Assembly (NCBI GenBank): GCA_963719315.1
Contig: CAVRBU010000001.1
Coordinates: 288,001 to 352,000 of the forward strand
Source: an uncultured Planctomycetota bacterium
GTDB lineage: Bacteria > Planctomycetota > Planctomycetia > Pirellulales > Lacipirellulaceae
DNA: 64,000 bases
Direction: 5' to 3'
Position numbers and translations under genes: made by a program. Positions 43,194 through 54,193 of the stretch are shown piece after piece; positions within the stretch are counted from its first letter, which is position 1, and every line of letters begins with the position of its first letter. The notes beneath the pieces were generated by a model. That model saw nothing but the letters and a program-made list of their open reading frames with translations, was not told where the DNA came from and did not search any database.

Positions 43194-45671
43194 TCACTGC
43201 GCTCGGGTCGCGTCGGCCCGCGCGACGTTCGCGCGTGGGGCGGGCGACCACCGTTTGACGTTTTGATACAGCGTAACCGGCGACCCGCCGATGCCGCGGA
43301 CCGATGTGCGGTACGCATAGAAATTGACCGTTTGCCACAAAGGAATGACGGGCAGTTCGTGGCTTGCGATTTCGTGAAGCTCGGCCAGCCGAGCACGGAC
43401 GTCCTTCCAATTCGTGGCCGTATCGAGGTCGCGGAGGGCGGCTTCGAGGTAAGGGCTTTGCAAGTCGCCGGCCAGGCCGTGCGGACCGAGAATCAGACGG
43501 GCATCGGCGATCGGTTCCCAAACGGCGAGCTCGGCGTAACGCAGGTCGCAATCGACTTTGCCCGCCAACAGCTCGTCCGCCGTGAATTCGCGAAGCTTGA
43601 TCGGAATGCCTTCACGCACAAGCTGGGCTTGAATCGATTGACAGGCCACGCGGGCAAGTGGATCGCTCGGATGGGCAAGTATCAACTCGGGCAGATTCGT
43701 GTTGAGCGGCTCATTTTCCTGCTTTTTTGTCGCTCCATCATCCTTGTCGGTAGATTTTGGTTTGTTTTTATCGGGCGGGTTTTGCACGCTGTTCCAGGCG
43801 ACGGTGGCTAGGATCGCGGCCAGTCGCGGCTCAAATGGTCGGGGAAGGACCTGGTTGTTGTACGCGTAACGAATGGGGTCGTTCAGCGATGTGCCGGAAG
43901 GAAACGGGCCGCTGACCGCTTCGAAACCTGGCAGGCTGCCGCCGCCCAGGAGCACGCGATCGACGATCCATTTGCGATCGATGCCGAAGCACAATGCGCG
44001 GCGAAACTCGCGCTTCGCCAGTAGCGGCTTCGCCAGGTTGGGAATCAACACGTGGACGGTCGGCAATTTGTAGCTTTCGACGCGAATATCTTGGGCGGCG
44101 CGGAGCCGCGAAAGTTGCCACGGCGGGACTCGATCGAGCACATCGATTTCGCCGGCCACGAGCGCCGCGACGGCGGCTTCGTCGTTCGGCATCGTTTGTT
44201 CGACGATGGCTTGTGGGCCCACCGACTTTACACCCGCGACGTCGGCGGCCGCGAATACAACCTGGTCCGCCGCGTAATCGGCAATCGTATAGGGGCCCGC
44301 GACACTTGCCGCGATCGGCAAGGCGACCTGTAGCAATGATTCGGGCCGCACGTGCACGCGCTTCAGATGCAAAACGACCGTGTTTCCGGGCTGAATGGAA
44401 ACGCTCTCCAGCAGCGCGGCAAAATCGCCCCGAAACGCGGGGCTGCCGGGAGCGGCCATCGAAAGCAAGTATCGTGCAAGCGCATCAGACGTGGGGTCGC
44501 CCGCGGTCTGTTTGGGATTTAACTTCAACGTCAGTTCGCGGCCACTCTCGTCGAGATCCCATTCGCCATAGGGCGACTCGTACGTGCCCCCTTCTGAACC
44601 GAAATCATTCTCTTCGGCCAGCAGCCGTTCGGTGAGAGCGCTAGTGCGAATTGCGGCCCAATCGTCGATGCGGCGCACGGGTTGCCGCGGTGACGTTTCG
44701 AATACGCCCACGGTAACGAACGGAAACTCGCGCTCGATGCGGGCCCGGATCTCTTCGGCCGTGTTGAGATTCGGCCAGATCGCGAGCGCGCGGCCGACCG
44801 CTTTTCGGGCTCCGATGTAGTCGCGGCGGCCAACGAGTTGGTTGGCCTCGGCCACTTGTCGCCCGGCGGCGGACTCGAAACGCTGCTGCCAGGCCGCGGC
44901 GGATTGCGGAGCGACGTTCTTGAACTGGTTCTGCCACAGGTCGAGCACCCGGCGGGCGGCCGTGTAATTGCCGTCGCGGAGATACCGTTGAATCACTTCG
45001 CCCGCGACCGCCTCGACCGCGCTCGGCAGCCCCGGGTACGCGGCATTGCGTTGGTACAACGTGAGCAGCAGGGCCAGCGCACGATCGTGTTGCTTCGCCT
45101 GATACAGAGCGAGGGCGTTGAGCCGCAAGTAGTTGCAGATCGAATCGTTCAAGCCCGCGAGCGAGGGGAACTCGACGCCCAGCCGGGCGTAATAATCGTA
45201 TGCCTCATCGAATTTGCCCGCCGCGGTGAGGCGCTGCGCTTCATCGAGCAGCACTTGCTCGAACACGCGAACGGCGGCCACGTTGGCCCAATTCACTTCG
45301 AATTCTTCGGTCGGTCGCTTGAGCAGCCGCACTTTAAGTGAGCCGGTTGCGGGCACGACAGCCAGGGGGCGCTGCGGCAAGTTCAGCGGCAGGACTTCCA
45401 GCGTCGAGCCGCCGGCCGCCTGATTGAGTACGATCTGGTCGAATGGCGTGCGATCGAGAAGCTTTTCGACGGCGGCTGGCTTGGGATCGGCCGCAAGCGA
45501 GGAGGTGACTTCAAAAATTGGGAAGAAGAGGAGGAATTGCAAAATGCAAAATGCAAAATGCAAATTGCAAATTGGGGGAATTCGTGGCGTGAGGCCAGCG
45601 AAAACGCGCAGTGCGCGCCTTTCAATTTGCAATTTGCAATTGTCAGTTTGCAATTTGCAATTCGGGCCCAT
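43194..45671 (-). CDS. TPR-containing ABC substrate-binding protein family 5-like
   Basis: Helical TPR-like N-half; AALVAGEIDVL, FRRALCFGIDR and PVIPLWQ in the C-half. Confidence 0.7.
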   Translation of the reverse strand: MGPNCKLQTDNCKLQIERRALRVFAGLTPRIPPICNLHFAFCILQFLLFFPIFEVTSSLAADPKPAAVEKLLDRTPFDQIVLNQAAGGSTLEVLPLNLPQRPLAVVPATGSLKVRLLKRPTEEFEVNWANVAAVRVFEQVLLDEAQRLTAAGKFDEAYDYYARLGVEFPSLAGLNDSICNYLRLNALALYQAKQHDRALALLLTLYQRNAAYPGLPSAVEAVAGEVIQRYLRDGNYTAARRVLDLWQNQFKNVAPQSAAAWQQRFESAAGRQVAEANQLVGRRDYIGARKAVGRALAIWPNLNTAEEIRARIEREFPFVTVGVFETSPRQPVRRIDDWAAIRTSALTERLLAEENDFGSEGGTYESPYGEWDLDESGRELTLKLNPKQTAGDPTSDALARYLLSMAAPGSPAFRGDFAALLESVSIQPGNTVVLHLKRVHVRPESLLQVALPIAASVAGPYTIADYAADQVVFAAADVAGVKSVGPQAIVEQTMPNDEAAVAALVAGEIDVLDRVPPWQLSRLRAAQDIRVESYKLPTVHVLIPNLAKPLLAKREFRRALCFGIDRKWIVDRVLLGGGSLPGFEAVSGPFPSGTSLNDPIRYAYNNQVLPRPFEPRLAAILATVAWNSVQNPPDKNKPKSTDKDDGATKKQENEPLNTNLPELILAHPSDPLARVACQSIQAQLVREGIPIKLREFTADELLAGKVDCDLRYAELAVWEPIADARLILGPHGLAGDLQSPYLEAALRDLDTATNWKDVRARLAELHEIASHELPVIPLWQTVNFYAYRTSVRGIGGSPVTLYQNVKRWSPAPRANVARADATRAQ
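45535..45662. repeat. Heptamer (TGCAAAW)n / (TTTGCAA)n inverted tandem arrays
   Basis: Arms at 45535-45574 and 45623-45662. Confidence 0.85.
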
Positions 45672-45693
45672 AAATTCCCACCAATTCATATTG

Positions 45694-48600
45694 CTACTTC
45701 GGCTGGTCGATGACGAGTAGCGTTCCATCTGCTGCCGCGACGACAAGTTTTTGCAAAAACGCAACCGGCCCCGTCGCCAGCGGATGCTCGACGTTGATTG
45801 TGCCCAGCGGTTTGCCGTCCGCCAGGGACCGCCGTTCGACCACGCCTTTGCGATATGCGAGGAGCACGCTATCGGCAATGACCAGCGGCGGGCCAGCGAG
45901 TTGGCCGTGCTCCAGCGGAACTTGCCAGCGCAGTTCGCCGGTCGGCGTCGCGGCCAGCAGCTTTTGATCCACCGTGGCCATAAGGACCATTTCGCCGGCG
46001 GCGTAGGGCCCCCACTCAGCGGGCGCCGGCAGATTCGTTTCACCGCCGAGCTCGAGCGAAGGGAGATTATATCGCACGAGTCGCGACTCGCCTGCGATCG
46101 CGAAAGCGGTATCGCCCAGTACGACGATCGGCGAACTGATCGGTCGGGGACCAACTTCCGCCTCTTTGACAACTTCCAAATGGGGTTGGGGCTGATCGGT
46201 GACGGTGACCAGATAGATCTTGTTAGCGCCGTCGGTGATCACGAACGGGCGGCCATCCCCCACGGCCACGCCGGCCCGTTTGTATTCGAGCGACGTGCCC
46301 GGCTCGATGCGCGGCTGAAACGGCGTGGCGAGCTTCGCGCCGTCGGCCGCGCTCAAGTAAAAGACCTGGCCAATCTTCAGGGGGGCCAAAAAGCCTTGGC
46401 CGAACGGTGTTGTGGCGCAGGCCAGAGGGCTGTCGAGCTGAATCCATTTCGCGGAATTTCCGTGCGCGGGATTGTAGAGCAGCAGCCAATCGGCATTCGC
46501 GGCAGAGAATACGGCTCGACCTTGACCCAAATCGGCGGAGGCGTTTAGCGCCGGCGGCTGCGGAGGCGCGAGCGGCGCGGCGAGAGGTTGGTCCTGCACT
46601 CGTGAGCGAATTGCCGCTTCGTCGAATCGGAAAGCATAACCGGCCGCGTTGGCGAATGTAAGCGATTTGGCCGCTTCATCGACGACGGGCGCTCCGGCCG
46701 GCGGCATGGCGAGATCTGTTTCCCACAAGCTGCGGCCTTGCTTCGTGTCGATCGCGGCCACGACCACGCCCGCGCGACCCTTGGGACGATGCACTTCAAT
46801 CAGCGTCTCGCCGAAAGCCGCTAGCGGGTGATCGAATGTAGCTCCCGCAAAGTTATTTTGAATTTCCTCGACCGGCAGGCGGTTGCCGGTCGGCACGATG
46901 TTGTATTTCGTGAGTTGCGTGTCGGCGACCCAGATGCTGCGGCCGACTACCGCGAAGTGCCGCATGATCGGCTGCGAGCCCACCGCATTGCGAGCGGCGA
47001 CGAGCGTGAGCGCTTCGCCGTCGTTGCCGCCCGCGATGTCGTAAACTTCAATTTGTCCTCGGTCGGTGACGACGATCAGCCCGCGGCCGGTGGTCAGTGG
47101 CGGCGACGTCACCAAACCGTTCAACCGACGGTTGGCCTGCTCTTTGGCAATCGCGTACTTGTCGTTCACGGCGAGCAAGTGCAGGCGGCTGGTTTCGGCT
47201 CCGTTGTTTTCAACGACGGCTAGCTTGTCCATCACCAGGACCGGCGCCACCTGGATCGTGCCCGGCGCGTGGCCGAGGAAATAAGCGCCGATGCACTTCA
47301 TGTCGGCCAGCGAGATCGCGTACAGGCTCGCGCGATCGCCGGTGACGTAGAGGTGCGTTTTCAGGCGATCGATGGTCGGAGCGACGCGCACCGGCTGCGG
47401 AAATTGCAAATAACCGGTTCGAGCACCGGTTTTCAAATCAATCACATAGACGCGGCCCGAGTCAGCAGCGACGAACCCGCGGTCGCCGACCAACAGCGGT
47501 TCGGCGAACGCCTCCTTGAACGTCTGCCGCCAGAGGAGCTTGCCGGTGGCAGCGTCGAGTCGCAGCAGTTCGTGTCGCACGCTGTCGGCAATGATTACAT
47601 CGCGGTCGATGAGTATTGGCCAACCCGTCGAGCCAAAGCCCACGTAACGCCTCCACAGCAATTTGCCGCTCGAAGCTTCCAGGCCGTACACTGCCCCGTC
47701 AACGCGAACGCAGGCTGTGCCCATTGCTGGGGCAGTGCTGCCGCGGTGATTGGCGACGGCAAGGGCGGCGACCCACGGCGTGGGCCGCTCGGCCGTTTCG
47801 GCGGGCTGTTTCTCGGCTACGAACTTGATGGTGGCCTGCTCGGCGGCGGCCGTTTTCTGGAGCGCTTCAGCCAGCGGCTTTTCATCGGCTAGCTCGGGGT
47901 GCTCTTTCATCAGCTTCAAATGGGCGGCGTAGGCCTCGATCGGTTTGCCATCGGCCACCGCCTGGTCCATCGCCTTGAGGCCCTCGCCCAGGGCGAGTTG
48001 CGATTGTTGCCGTCGCTCGACTCGTTCCAACGCATCGCGCACGGCGGTGAGCTTCGCCTCGTCGCGCAACTGTCTTCGGCACGTAGCTGGAGTTGTTGCA
48101 GAGCTCCAGCGCCTTGTTCGCCAGGCTGACGTACTTTTTGGAATCGTCCGAAGTGGGGGGCGCCTTCTCCGCCTGTTTTGCCAGTCCATCGGCGATTTGC
48201 GGAATGAGCGCGGCCAAATCCTCGTGCGAATCGTTAAAGGCCGGCTCGTCTTCGACAGCCTTCGTCTCCTTTTCAACCGCTTCCAAGGCGTGTTCGAAAT
48301 CGCCGGCCTCGGTCGGCTGGCGAATCTTCAACATCGCGAGTTGCACGCGAGCCAGACTATGCTCCGGATGCCGCGGAGAGGTGGTAAGAAAATCTTGAAA
48401 TTGCTCAATGGCTTGCGGATACGCTCCGCTCTTCATCGCTTCGCGTGCGAGCGCGACCTTTTGATCGCCCGATTCGAAGGTCAGCAGGAACCAAATCGTG
48501 CCGCCGGCCAGAAGTAGAAACACGAGGCCGCCGCCGCCGAGCAGGATCAGCGGCGAATCCCAGCGTTTCTTGTCTCTGTTCGACTTGGCTTTCTTTTTTC

Positions 48601-49219
48601 CGCTTTTTTTGTCGCGGCTGAGGCTGGTGGTTCGGCGGGCGCGCCCGACCGTTTCACTCAACTGTTCCGATTCCGATTGATCTTCGGCCGATCTGCTGCT
48701 GCCGGTTTCATTGACTTCGCCCGCATCTCCCAATTCGGCCAGTTTGACGACCGGGGCGGCGTTGGTCCGCGTCCGTTGCATCTTTTCGGCAGACGGAATT
48801 GTACCGAGTACGGGCAAATCTCCGTCGTCATCGACCGGCACTCTCGATGCCTTGGTCACGGCTACGTCATCGTCGATGGGTACAAGGCGGATTTCATCGT
48901 CTTCGCCGTCGTCGGTCGGTGATTCGTCTTCTTTTTTGCGGCCGCCCGTGATCTGCGGCGGAAAAATCGAACTGCTGCCAGCGGCATCCTCATCGTCCAG
49001 GTCTTCTTCGATCAGATTGACGCCGCTTTGCGTCAAGCCGGCCAGTACGTCGTTTGCTTGGTTTTGCGTGAGATGTTTTTTCTGCACTAAAAAGTTGGCG
49101 AGCTTCTCGGCAGATAGCGGACTGCGGGTCGCGGCCAGCGACTCACGAAGCTTTTTCATCAGCCGATCGGAGAGAAACTTGCGGCGCTCGAGCTCGGAGA
49201 TGAATTTACTGGCAGACAT
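45694..49219 (-). CDS. Membrane-anchored TPR + PQQ-like beta-propeller repeat protein (apparent frameshift ~48075)
   Basis: ORFs 47882-49219 (acidic linker, TM, TPR) and 45694-48276 (repeated xGKLLW propeller blades) overlap. Confidence 0.75.
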
Positions 49220-49313
49220 GCAGTTGGAGTGCGAAAATAAGGTGAAGTCTTCAATGCGCGCGGTCGCTCGGCGGGCAGAGTATTGGGTCGGCTAACCGTT
49301 GACCAGCGGTTGC

Positions 49314-50216
49314 TTACCGATACGACTGATCTTCCACGCTGAACTCAAAACGATTTCCGGTATGGGTAACGCGAAAGACCGTGCCGCGAATGGTTTCAGG
49401 TTTGCGCGCACCCGCTTTTTTCTGTTCCAAGCTGAAAAGGATGGCCTGCGCTTCGGGCGGGTAGAATTGCAGGATGATCCGTCCCTTGTCGGCGATGCCA
49501 GCCTTCGCGGCCAACTGGCGGTCGAGCGCGGCGAACTGGCTGTCGGTCGGGTTCATGAAAAGCCGCACTTCTTTCGCTGGGTCGCCCACGCGAACATCCG
49601 GCTTCTCGTGACTTAGATTATATGCGTAATAAACCTTGTTGTCCTGACCCAGGACGCCAAGCTCGATTTTGAAGTAATCGAGCCACTGTGCGTATTCGAG
49701 TAGTGTGGAGGGTTCGAAGCGAATCTCTCGGCGTGGTTCGGCCGGACCGCCGCGACCGGGGCCAAAACCGGAACCGATGCCGCCGCCAACGCCGCCGCCG
49801 CGGCCGCCGCCAAAGCCGGGTGTGCGATTGTCGCCCTTACCCTCGGTCGGTTGAGCGCCAATATCAAGCTGTTCGTCGGCCAGTATCGCCGTGCGGTTGG
49901 AAACGGCCGTGGCCACGGCGCTGAGCGTATCCTGCATTTGCGGCTCGTCGAAGGCCGTTGCTTCCTCGATGCCGGGCGTGTCGATCTCGGCGTCGCCCGG
50001 CGAACCGCCAACGCCACCCGTGCCGCCGCCGCCCGTGTTGATGGGCGTCACGGGCACCGCGAACTCGCCGATGATGAAGTGGCTCGTAATATAGATCAGG
50101 AATAGCGCACCGACCGTAACGCAAGTAATGATCAACAACGCCACAATCCAGCTCGAAACTTTATCGTACGAGCTGACGCGCAGTTGATGTTTCTTTCGTT
50201 GCGGGACGCTGGACAT
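49314..50216 (-). CDS. Single-TM Gly-rich hypothetical protein (TonB-like layout)
   Basis: N-terminal TM helix, acidic/Gly-rich linker and small C-terminal domain. Confidence 0.65.
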   Translation of the reverse strand: MSSVPQRKKHQLRVSSYDKVSSWIVALLIITCVTVGALFLIYITSHFIIGEFAVPVTPINTGGGGTGGVGGSPGDAEIDTPGIEEATAFDEPQMQDTLSAVATAVSNRTAILADEQLDIGAQPTEGKGDNRTPGFGGGRGGGVGGGIGSGFGPGRGGPAEPRREIRFEPSTLLEYAQWLDYFKIELGVLGQDNKVYYAYNLSHEKPDVRVGDPAKEVRLFMNPTDSQFAALDRQLAAKAGIADKGRIILQFYPPEAQAILFSLEQKKAGARKPETIRGTVFRVTHTGNRFEFSVEDQSYR

Positions 50217-50221
50217 GATCG

Positions 50222-51886
50222 CTAGTCTTCCAAGACCGCCGTGGGCCGGATCGACAAATACCACTTCTTCCAGGCTTCGATCGCCTCGAATCGCTGCTGT
50301 TCGCTAAAGTCATCGGGCGGGCCAATTCCGTCGAAGTTGCGGCTGATGAACCGCAACTCATTGCGGGCTTCAATCACGATGCGTCGATCGGGATCGGTCA
50401 GCGCGTACAGCAGCGACGGCACGTAGTCCAAGTTGCCGGTACGCCCCAGCGCACGCACGGCCAGCATCCGAACCGGGGCCTCGCCGCCGTGAACGAGTTG
50501 CTGCAAGCGGCGGGCACTTTTCTCATCGACCTGATCGACCACCAATTGACTCGGGTCGCGGGCCAGATCGTCGAGGAGCGCATCATCGCCGTCGTCGATG
50601 ATCGAAAGTAATTCGTCAACCTTCGTATGGACCTGATCGACGATCAGTTGCCCATTGCGCAGTTTGGCGCGATTCAGATTCGTCGGCAGACCGCGGCCGG
50701 CGAGCAACATGCCTTCGCCGAGTTTGGCGTGAATGCTTTTTTGAGTCGAACGCAATAGAAAAAGAATGGAAAAAGCTGTGTCACACTCCGTGCCGCAGTA
50801 GCCAGACCAACTGCCGTCAGCAGCTTGATTCTTCGCCAGATATTCAAAGCCGTCGTTGTACCACTTGGGCGACTTATCCTCGATGCCCTCGAATGCTTCT
50901 TGGAAACTCTTATACCGCTCCAGGCCGTAGAGATAGTAAAAGCGTTTTACGCCGATATCGATTTTGTAATTCTTTTCCATCCAGGCATGAGCGCGATTCA
51001 TTGTGTCGGCAATCTTGGCCGCGCTCGTGTGTGAGGCTGGAAACCGCTTCGGGCCTTCGGAGCGGCCGGATTCGTCGACCGGACGCAACGCCGTAGGGAC
51101 CGCATCCTCCGGTTTCTCAGGCGCCGCTTCCTTGGAAATCTTGGGTTGCATCCCGAACAGGTCGGCGCAAATGTAAAGGCTGCCCAACCCGGCAGCGAGC
51201 ATCGAGCAAGTTGGGTCGTCCTGGGCAACGAGCGTGTCGGATGTTGCAACGGTTCCCTGATATCCCCAGCAACCGTCGGGGCCTTGCGTTTTCAGAAGCC
51301 AATTAGCGAGATTCTCGATCGATCCACCATCCAGATTGAAGCCGTGTCGATTCGCTTCCCAATACGATAGGGCGCCGTACTGCGATTGGGACGTGTCGCC
51401 CGTCTGAAGGGTGCTGTACCCCCAGCCGCCGTGCGATTTTTGGCGGGCCTTCAAACGGCCCAGATACCACTCGATTTCATGGGCGTGCTTTTTCGGCGAA
51501 ACCTCGCACAGAAAAATAACGGCCAGCCCGTTGCTGTAGACGTCGAAGTCATTGTCCGAGGGATTCGCCTGCATCGTTTTATAGCAGGCATCCGTCGCCT
51601 CGTTCACGCGGGCGTGGTCGGCGCGACCGGCTTTGAGAAACGCCAAGGCGATCAGGCATTTGCCGCCCAACCGCTGGTCGCCATGAGCTTCCAAATAACC
51701 CAGCCCGGCATCGACCAGCTTCTTCACTTCCGGACTCTCGGGCGTGACGCTCGCAATGCCCTGCTTCGCCCCCACAGAGCCCGCCAACGCAGCGGCCGCG
51801 CAGAGCCACGCAACGGCCCGCAGCCTCAACCGCCGCCGCTGGTTCAAGTTACCGGAAACAACTGGCATTGCCTCTTCCGCTGCCAT
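50222..51886 (-). CDS. Prenyltransferase/squalene-oxidase-repeat protein with C-terminal HEAT repeats
   Basis: QW-like repeats QKSHGGWGY, QGPDGCWGY and QAADGSW; VRMLAVRALG HEAT motif; signal peptide. Confidence 0.75.
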   Translation of the reverse strand: MAAEEAMPVVSGNLNQRRRLRLRAVAWLCAAAALAGSVGAKQGIASVTPESPEVKKLVDAGLGYLEAHGDQRLGGKCLIALAFLKAGRADHARVNEATDACYKTMQANPSDNDFDVYSNGLAVIFLCEVSPKKHAHEIEWYLGRLKARQKSHGGWGYSTLQTGDTSQSQYGALSYWEANRHGFNLDGGSIENLANWLLKTQGPDGCWGYQGTVATSDTLVAQDDPTCSMLAAGLGSLYICADLFGMQPKISKEAAPEKPEDAVPTALRPVDESGRSEGPKRFPASHTSAAKIADTMNRAHAWMEKNYKIDIGVKRFYYLYGLERYKSFQEAFEGIEDKSPKWYNDGFEYLAKNQAADGSWSGYCGTECDTAFSILFLLRSTQKSIHAKLGEGMLLAGRGLPTNLNRAKLRNGQLIVDQVHTKVDELLSIIDDGDDALLDDLARDPSQLVVDQVDEKSARRLQQLVHGGEAPVRMLAVRALGRTGNLDYVPSLLYALTDPDRRIVIEARNELRFISRNFDGIGPPDDFSEQQRFEAIEAWKKWYLSIRPTAVLED

Positions 51887-51923
51887 TTACAGTCGCGCGA
51901 TTTTTCCTATAGTGGAAGCTACC

Positions 51924-51996
51924 GGACAGGTAGCTCAGTTGGTAGAGCACAGGACTGAAAATCCTGGTGTCGGCGGTTCGATCCCGCCCCTGTCCA
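51924..51996 (+). tRNA. tRNA-Phe(GAA)
   Basis: GGACAGG acceptor stem pairs with CCTGTCC-A; D arm GCTCAGTTGGTAGAGC; anticodon loop CTGAAAA; T arm GGTTCGATCCC. Confidence 0.97.
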
Positions 51997-51998
51997 TT
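51955..51998 (+). repeat. attL core (44 bp)
   Basis: Identical to 63524-63567. Confidence 0.95.
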
Positions 51999-52119
51999 GA
52001 TTGTAAGTCAAAGCCGAATCGAGATTTAGATTGCCTGCCGATGTTCGGCAGTGAGGCTTTTCCCCAAGGCGCAAAACCGTACATACGGCGTTGCGCTCTC
52101 AACATGGGAGAAACTCACT

Positions 52120-53379
52120 ATGCCGAAGCTCCAAAGGCGCATTCCATCCTACCAAAAACACCGGGCCAGCGGGCAGGCCGTCGTCTCACTAAACGGCCGC
52201 GACTTCTATCTCGGCCCGCACGGCACGAAGGCCAGCAAGCTCGAATACGACCGCCTCATAGGGGAATGGTTGCAGCAAGGGCGGCAGATTCAACCCGCGA
52301 CGGGCGGCGACCTGTCCGTTGTCGAGTTAATCGCGGCCTACCTGCATCATGTTCGCGGGTACTATCGAAAAACCGACGGCACGCCGACGAATGAGGTCCG
52401 CGACGTACATCTCTCGTTGCGCCCCGTGAAAGCCCTGTACGGACGCCAACCATGTTCGGAGTTCGGCCCCACTGCCCTGAAAGTTGTTAGGGAACGGATG
52501 GTGACGGATGGGCTGAGCCGAAAAACGGCCAATCAGCGGATCGGACGCGTGAAGCGGATGTTCAAGTGGGGCGCGGCCGCGGAGTTGATCCCGGCCAACA
52601 TCCCCCAAGCCCTGTCGATGGTCGAGGGTTTGAAGTACGGCCGCACCGAAGCCCGCGAAGCCGCCCCCGTCCGCCCAGTCGAGGATGCGATCGTCGAGGC
52701 CACGATCCCGCACCTGCCCGAAGTTGTGGGCGATATGGTGCGACTCCAAAGGTTGACCGGAATGAGGCCGGCGGAGTTGTGTATTATCCGGCCCACGGAC
52801 CTGGACCGCTCCGCGGACGTTTGGACCTACCGGCCCGAAAGCCACAAGACTCAGCACCACGGCAAAGAGCGGATCGTCTACATCGGTCCCCAAGCCCAAG
52901 GCGTTCTGCTCCGATACCTGGCTCGCGATAGTGCCGACTACTGCTTTCGCCCGTGCGACTCGGAAGCGAAGCGGCTGGCCGCTCGCCATGCGGCCCGTAG
53001 GACTCCGCTGCGCTGGGGCAATAAGCCGGGCAGCAATCGCAAGGCCAAGCCCAAGCGCAAGGCAGGGGACGGCTACGGCGTGAACGCATACCGCCGGGCC
53101 ATCTATCGCGGTTGCGACGTGGCGTTCCCTCACCCGGAATTGTCGGCGGTGAAGGAATCGCAGTTGTCGGACAAGCAACGTGCCGAGCTGCGCCAATGGC
53201 AGGACGATCATCGTTGGGCGCCGAACCAACTGAGGCATACGGCGGCAACGGAAATTCGCAGGGAGTTCGGACTGGAAGCCGCGCAAATTGCGTTAGGTCA
53301 CTCGCAAGCAAATATCACACAAGTTTACGCCGAGCGCGATATGCAAAAGGGTATCGAGGTTGCGCGGCGGATCGGTTAG
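52120..53379 (+). CDS. int: Tyrosine recombinase / phage integrase
   Basis: TGMRPAEL, HKT, PNQLRH, LGHS and TQVYAE; immediately follows the tRNA. Confidence 0.95.
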   Translation: MPKLQRRIPSYQKHRASGQAVVSLNGRDFYLGPHGTKASKLEYDRLIGEWLQQGRQIQPATGGDLSVVELIAAYLHHVRGYYRKTDGTPTNEVRDVHLSLRPVKALYGRQPCSEFGPTALKVVRERMVTDGLSRKTANQRIGRVKRMFKWGAAAELIPANIPQALSMVEGLKYGRTEAREAAPVRPVEDAIVEATIPHLPEVVGDMVRLQRLTGMRPAELCIIRPTDLDRSADVWTYRPESHKTQHHGKERIVYIGPQAQGVLLRYLARDSADYCFRPCDSEAKRLAARHAARRTPLRWGNKPGSNRKAKPKRKAGDGYGVNAYRRAIYRGCDVAFPHPELSAVKESQLSDKQRAELRQWQDDHRWAPNQLRHTAATEIRREFGLEAAQIALGHSQANITQVYAERDMQKGIEVARRIG

Positions 53380-53493
53380 ATTTTAATTTGCCGGACGCGC
53401 GGAGTAATTGCCCGCGCAGGATCGGCCGGTCGTTTGTGGCATGCACCTACGCCACGGCGGCCGGCTGATCGACCGGCGGAAAGTAGGTGCAGG

Positions 53494-54099
53494 ATGGCAG
53501 CGACTAACAGCGGCGATAATGCCAGTGGCGACAGCCGATCATTGAATGTAATTCGCTCTTGGGACGATTGCCCGGTCGTCCCGCCCGAAGTGCTCCGCGA
53601 ATGGCTGGCGGAGGAAATCGCCTGCTGCGAATCCGAGTGCCGGGAAATCATGGAGCGTGTCGAGAGCGTCCGAAGCGGCCCAAATGCCGATAAGTTACAA
53701 GCCGCTACACTGCTGGAAAATGACAGCGAATTCTTGAGTATGGCAAACCCCGCCATACGTAATCTGTCTGACGATGAACACCCGGCGATTCCAGCGGCGT
53801 TCACTGCTGGGCTTCGCCTGGGGATGATTTACTGGAATCTTCGGCGCATCCGTGCCGGCCTGCTGAAACGTGTGTGGGATGCGGAAGATCATTGCGAAAA
53901 CATGCGTGACGTGAAGGCCGAAGCCGATGCAGAGCGGCGCAGCGAGAATCGAGAAAGAGCATTAGAAGCCTTAGAGTGGGCAAAGTATAATTTCCCTGTC
54001 GCGGCGGAAGATAAATCCCACGATGTCTTAATGAACAAGGCCGCCGAGCATGCGGGAATATCGAGGCGGCAATTCAATCGTTGGCTCGGCGGGAGATAG
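53494..54099 (+). CDS. Hypothetical protein with possible C-terminal HTH
   Basis: Ends in KAAEHAGISRRQFNRWL. Confidence 0.55.
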   Translation: MAATNSGDNASGDSRSLNVIRSWDDCPVVPPEVLREWLAEEIACCESECREIMERVESVRSGPNADKLQAATLLENDSEFLSMANPAIRNLSDDEHPAIPAAFTAGLRLGMIYWNLRRIRAGLLKRVWDAEDHCENMRDVKAEADAERRSENRERALEALEWAKYNFPVAAEDKSHDVLMNKAAEHAGISRRQFNRWLGGR

Positions 54100-54193
54100 C
54101 TTTGCTGAGTTCTGGACATCACTTGCAAGTAATGTCCATTTCGTTCGCTATCGTGACTTGTAGTACGTTTCATCCGCTACTACGAGGCCCACG

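Noticed and set aside
45672..46172. N-terminal 167 aa of the 992-aa ORF
   Set aside because: It overlaps the propeller gene in another frame; the real start is more likely 45671 or 45689.
50222..51886. Squalene-hopene cyclase / terpene cluster
   Set aside because: QW-like repeats are present, but no DxDD catalytic motif was seen; the protein has a signal peptide and HEAT tail.
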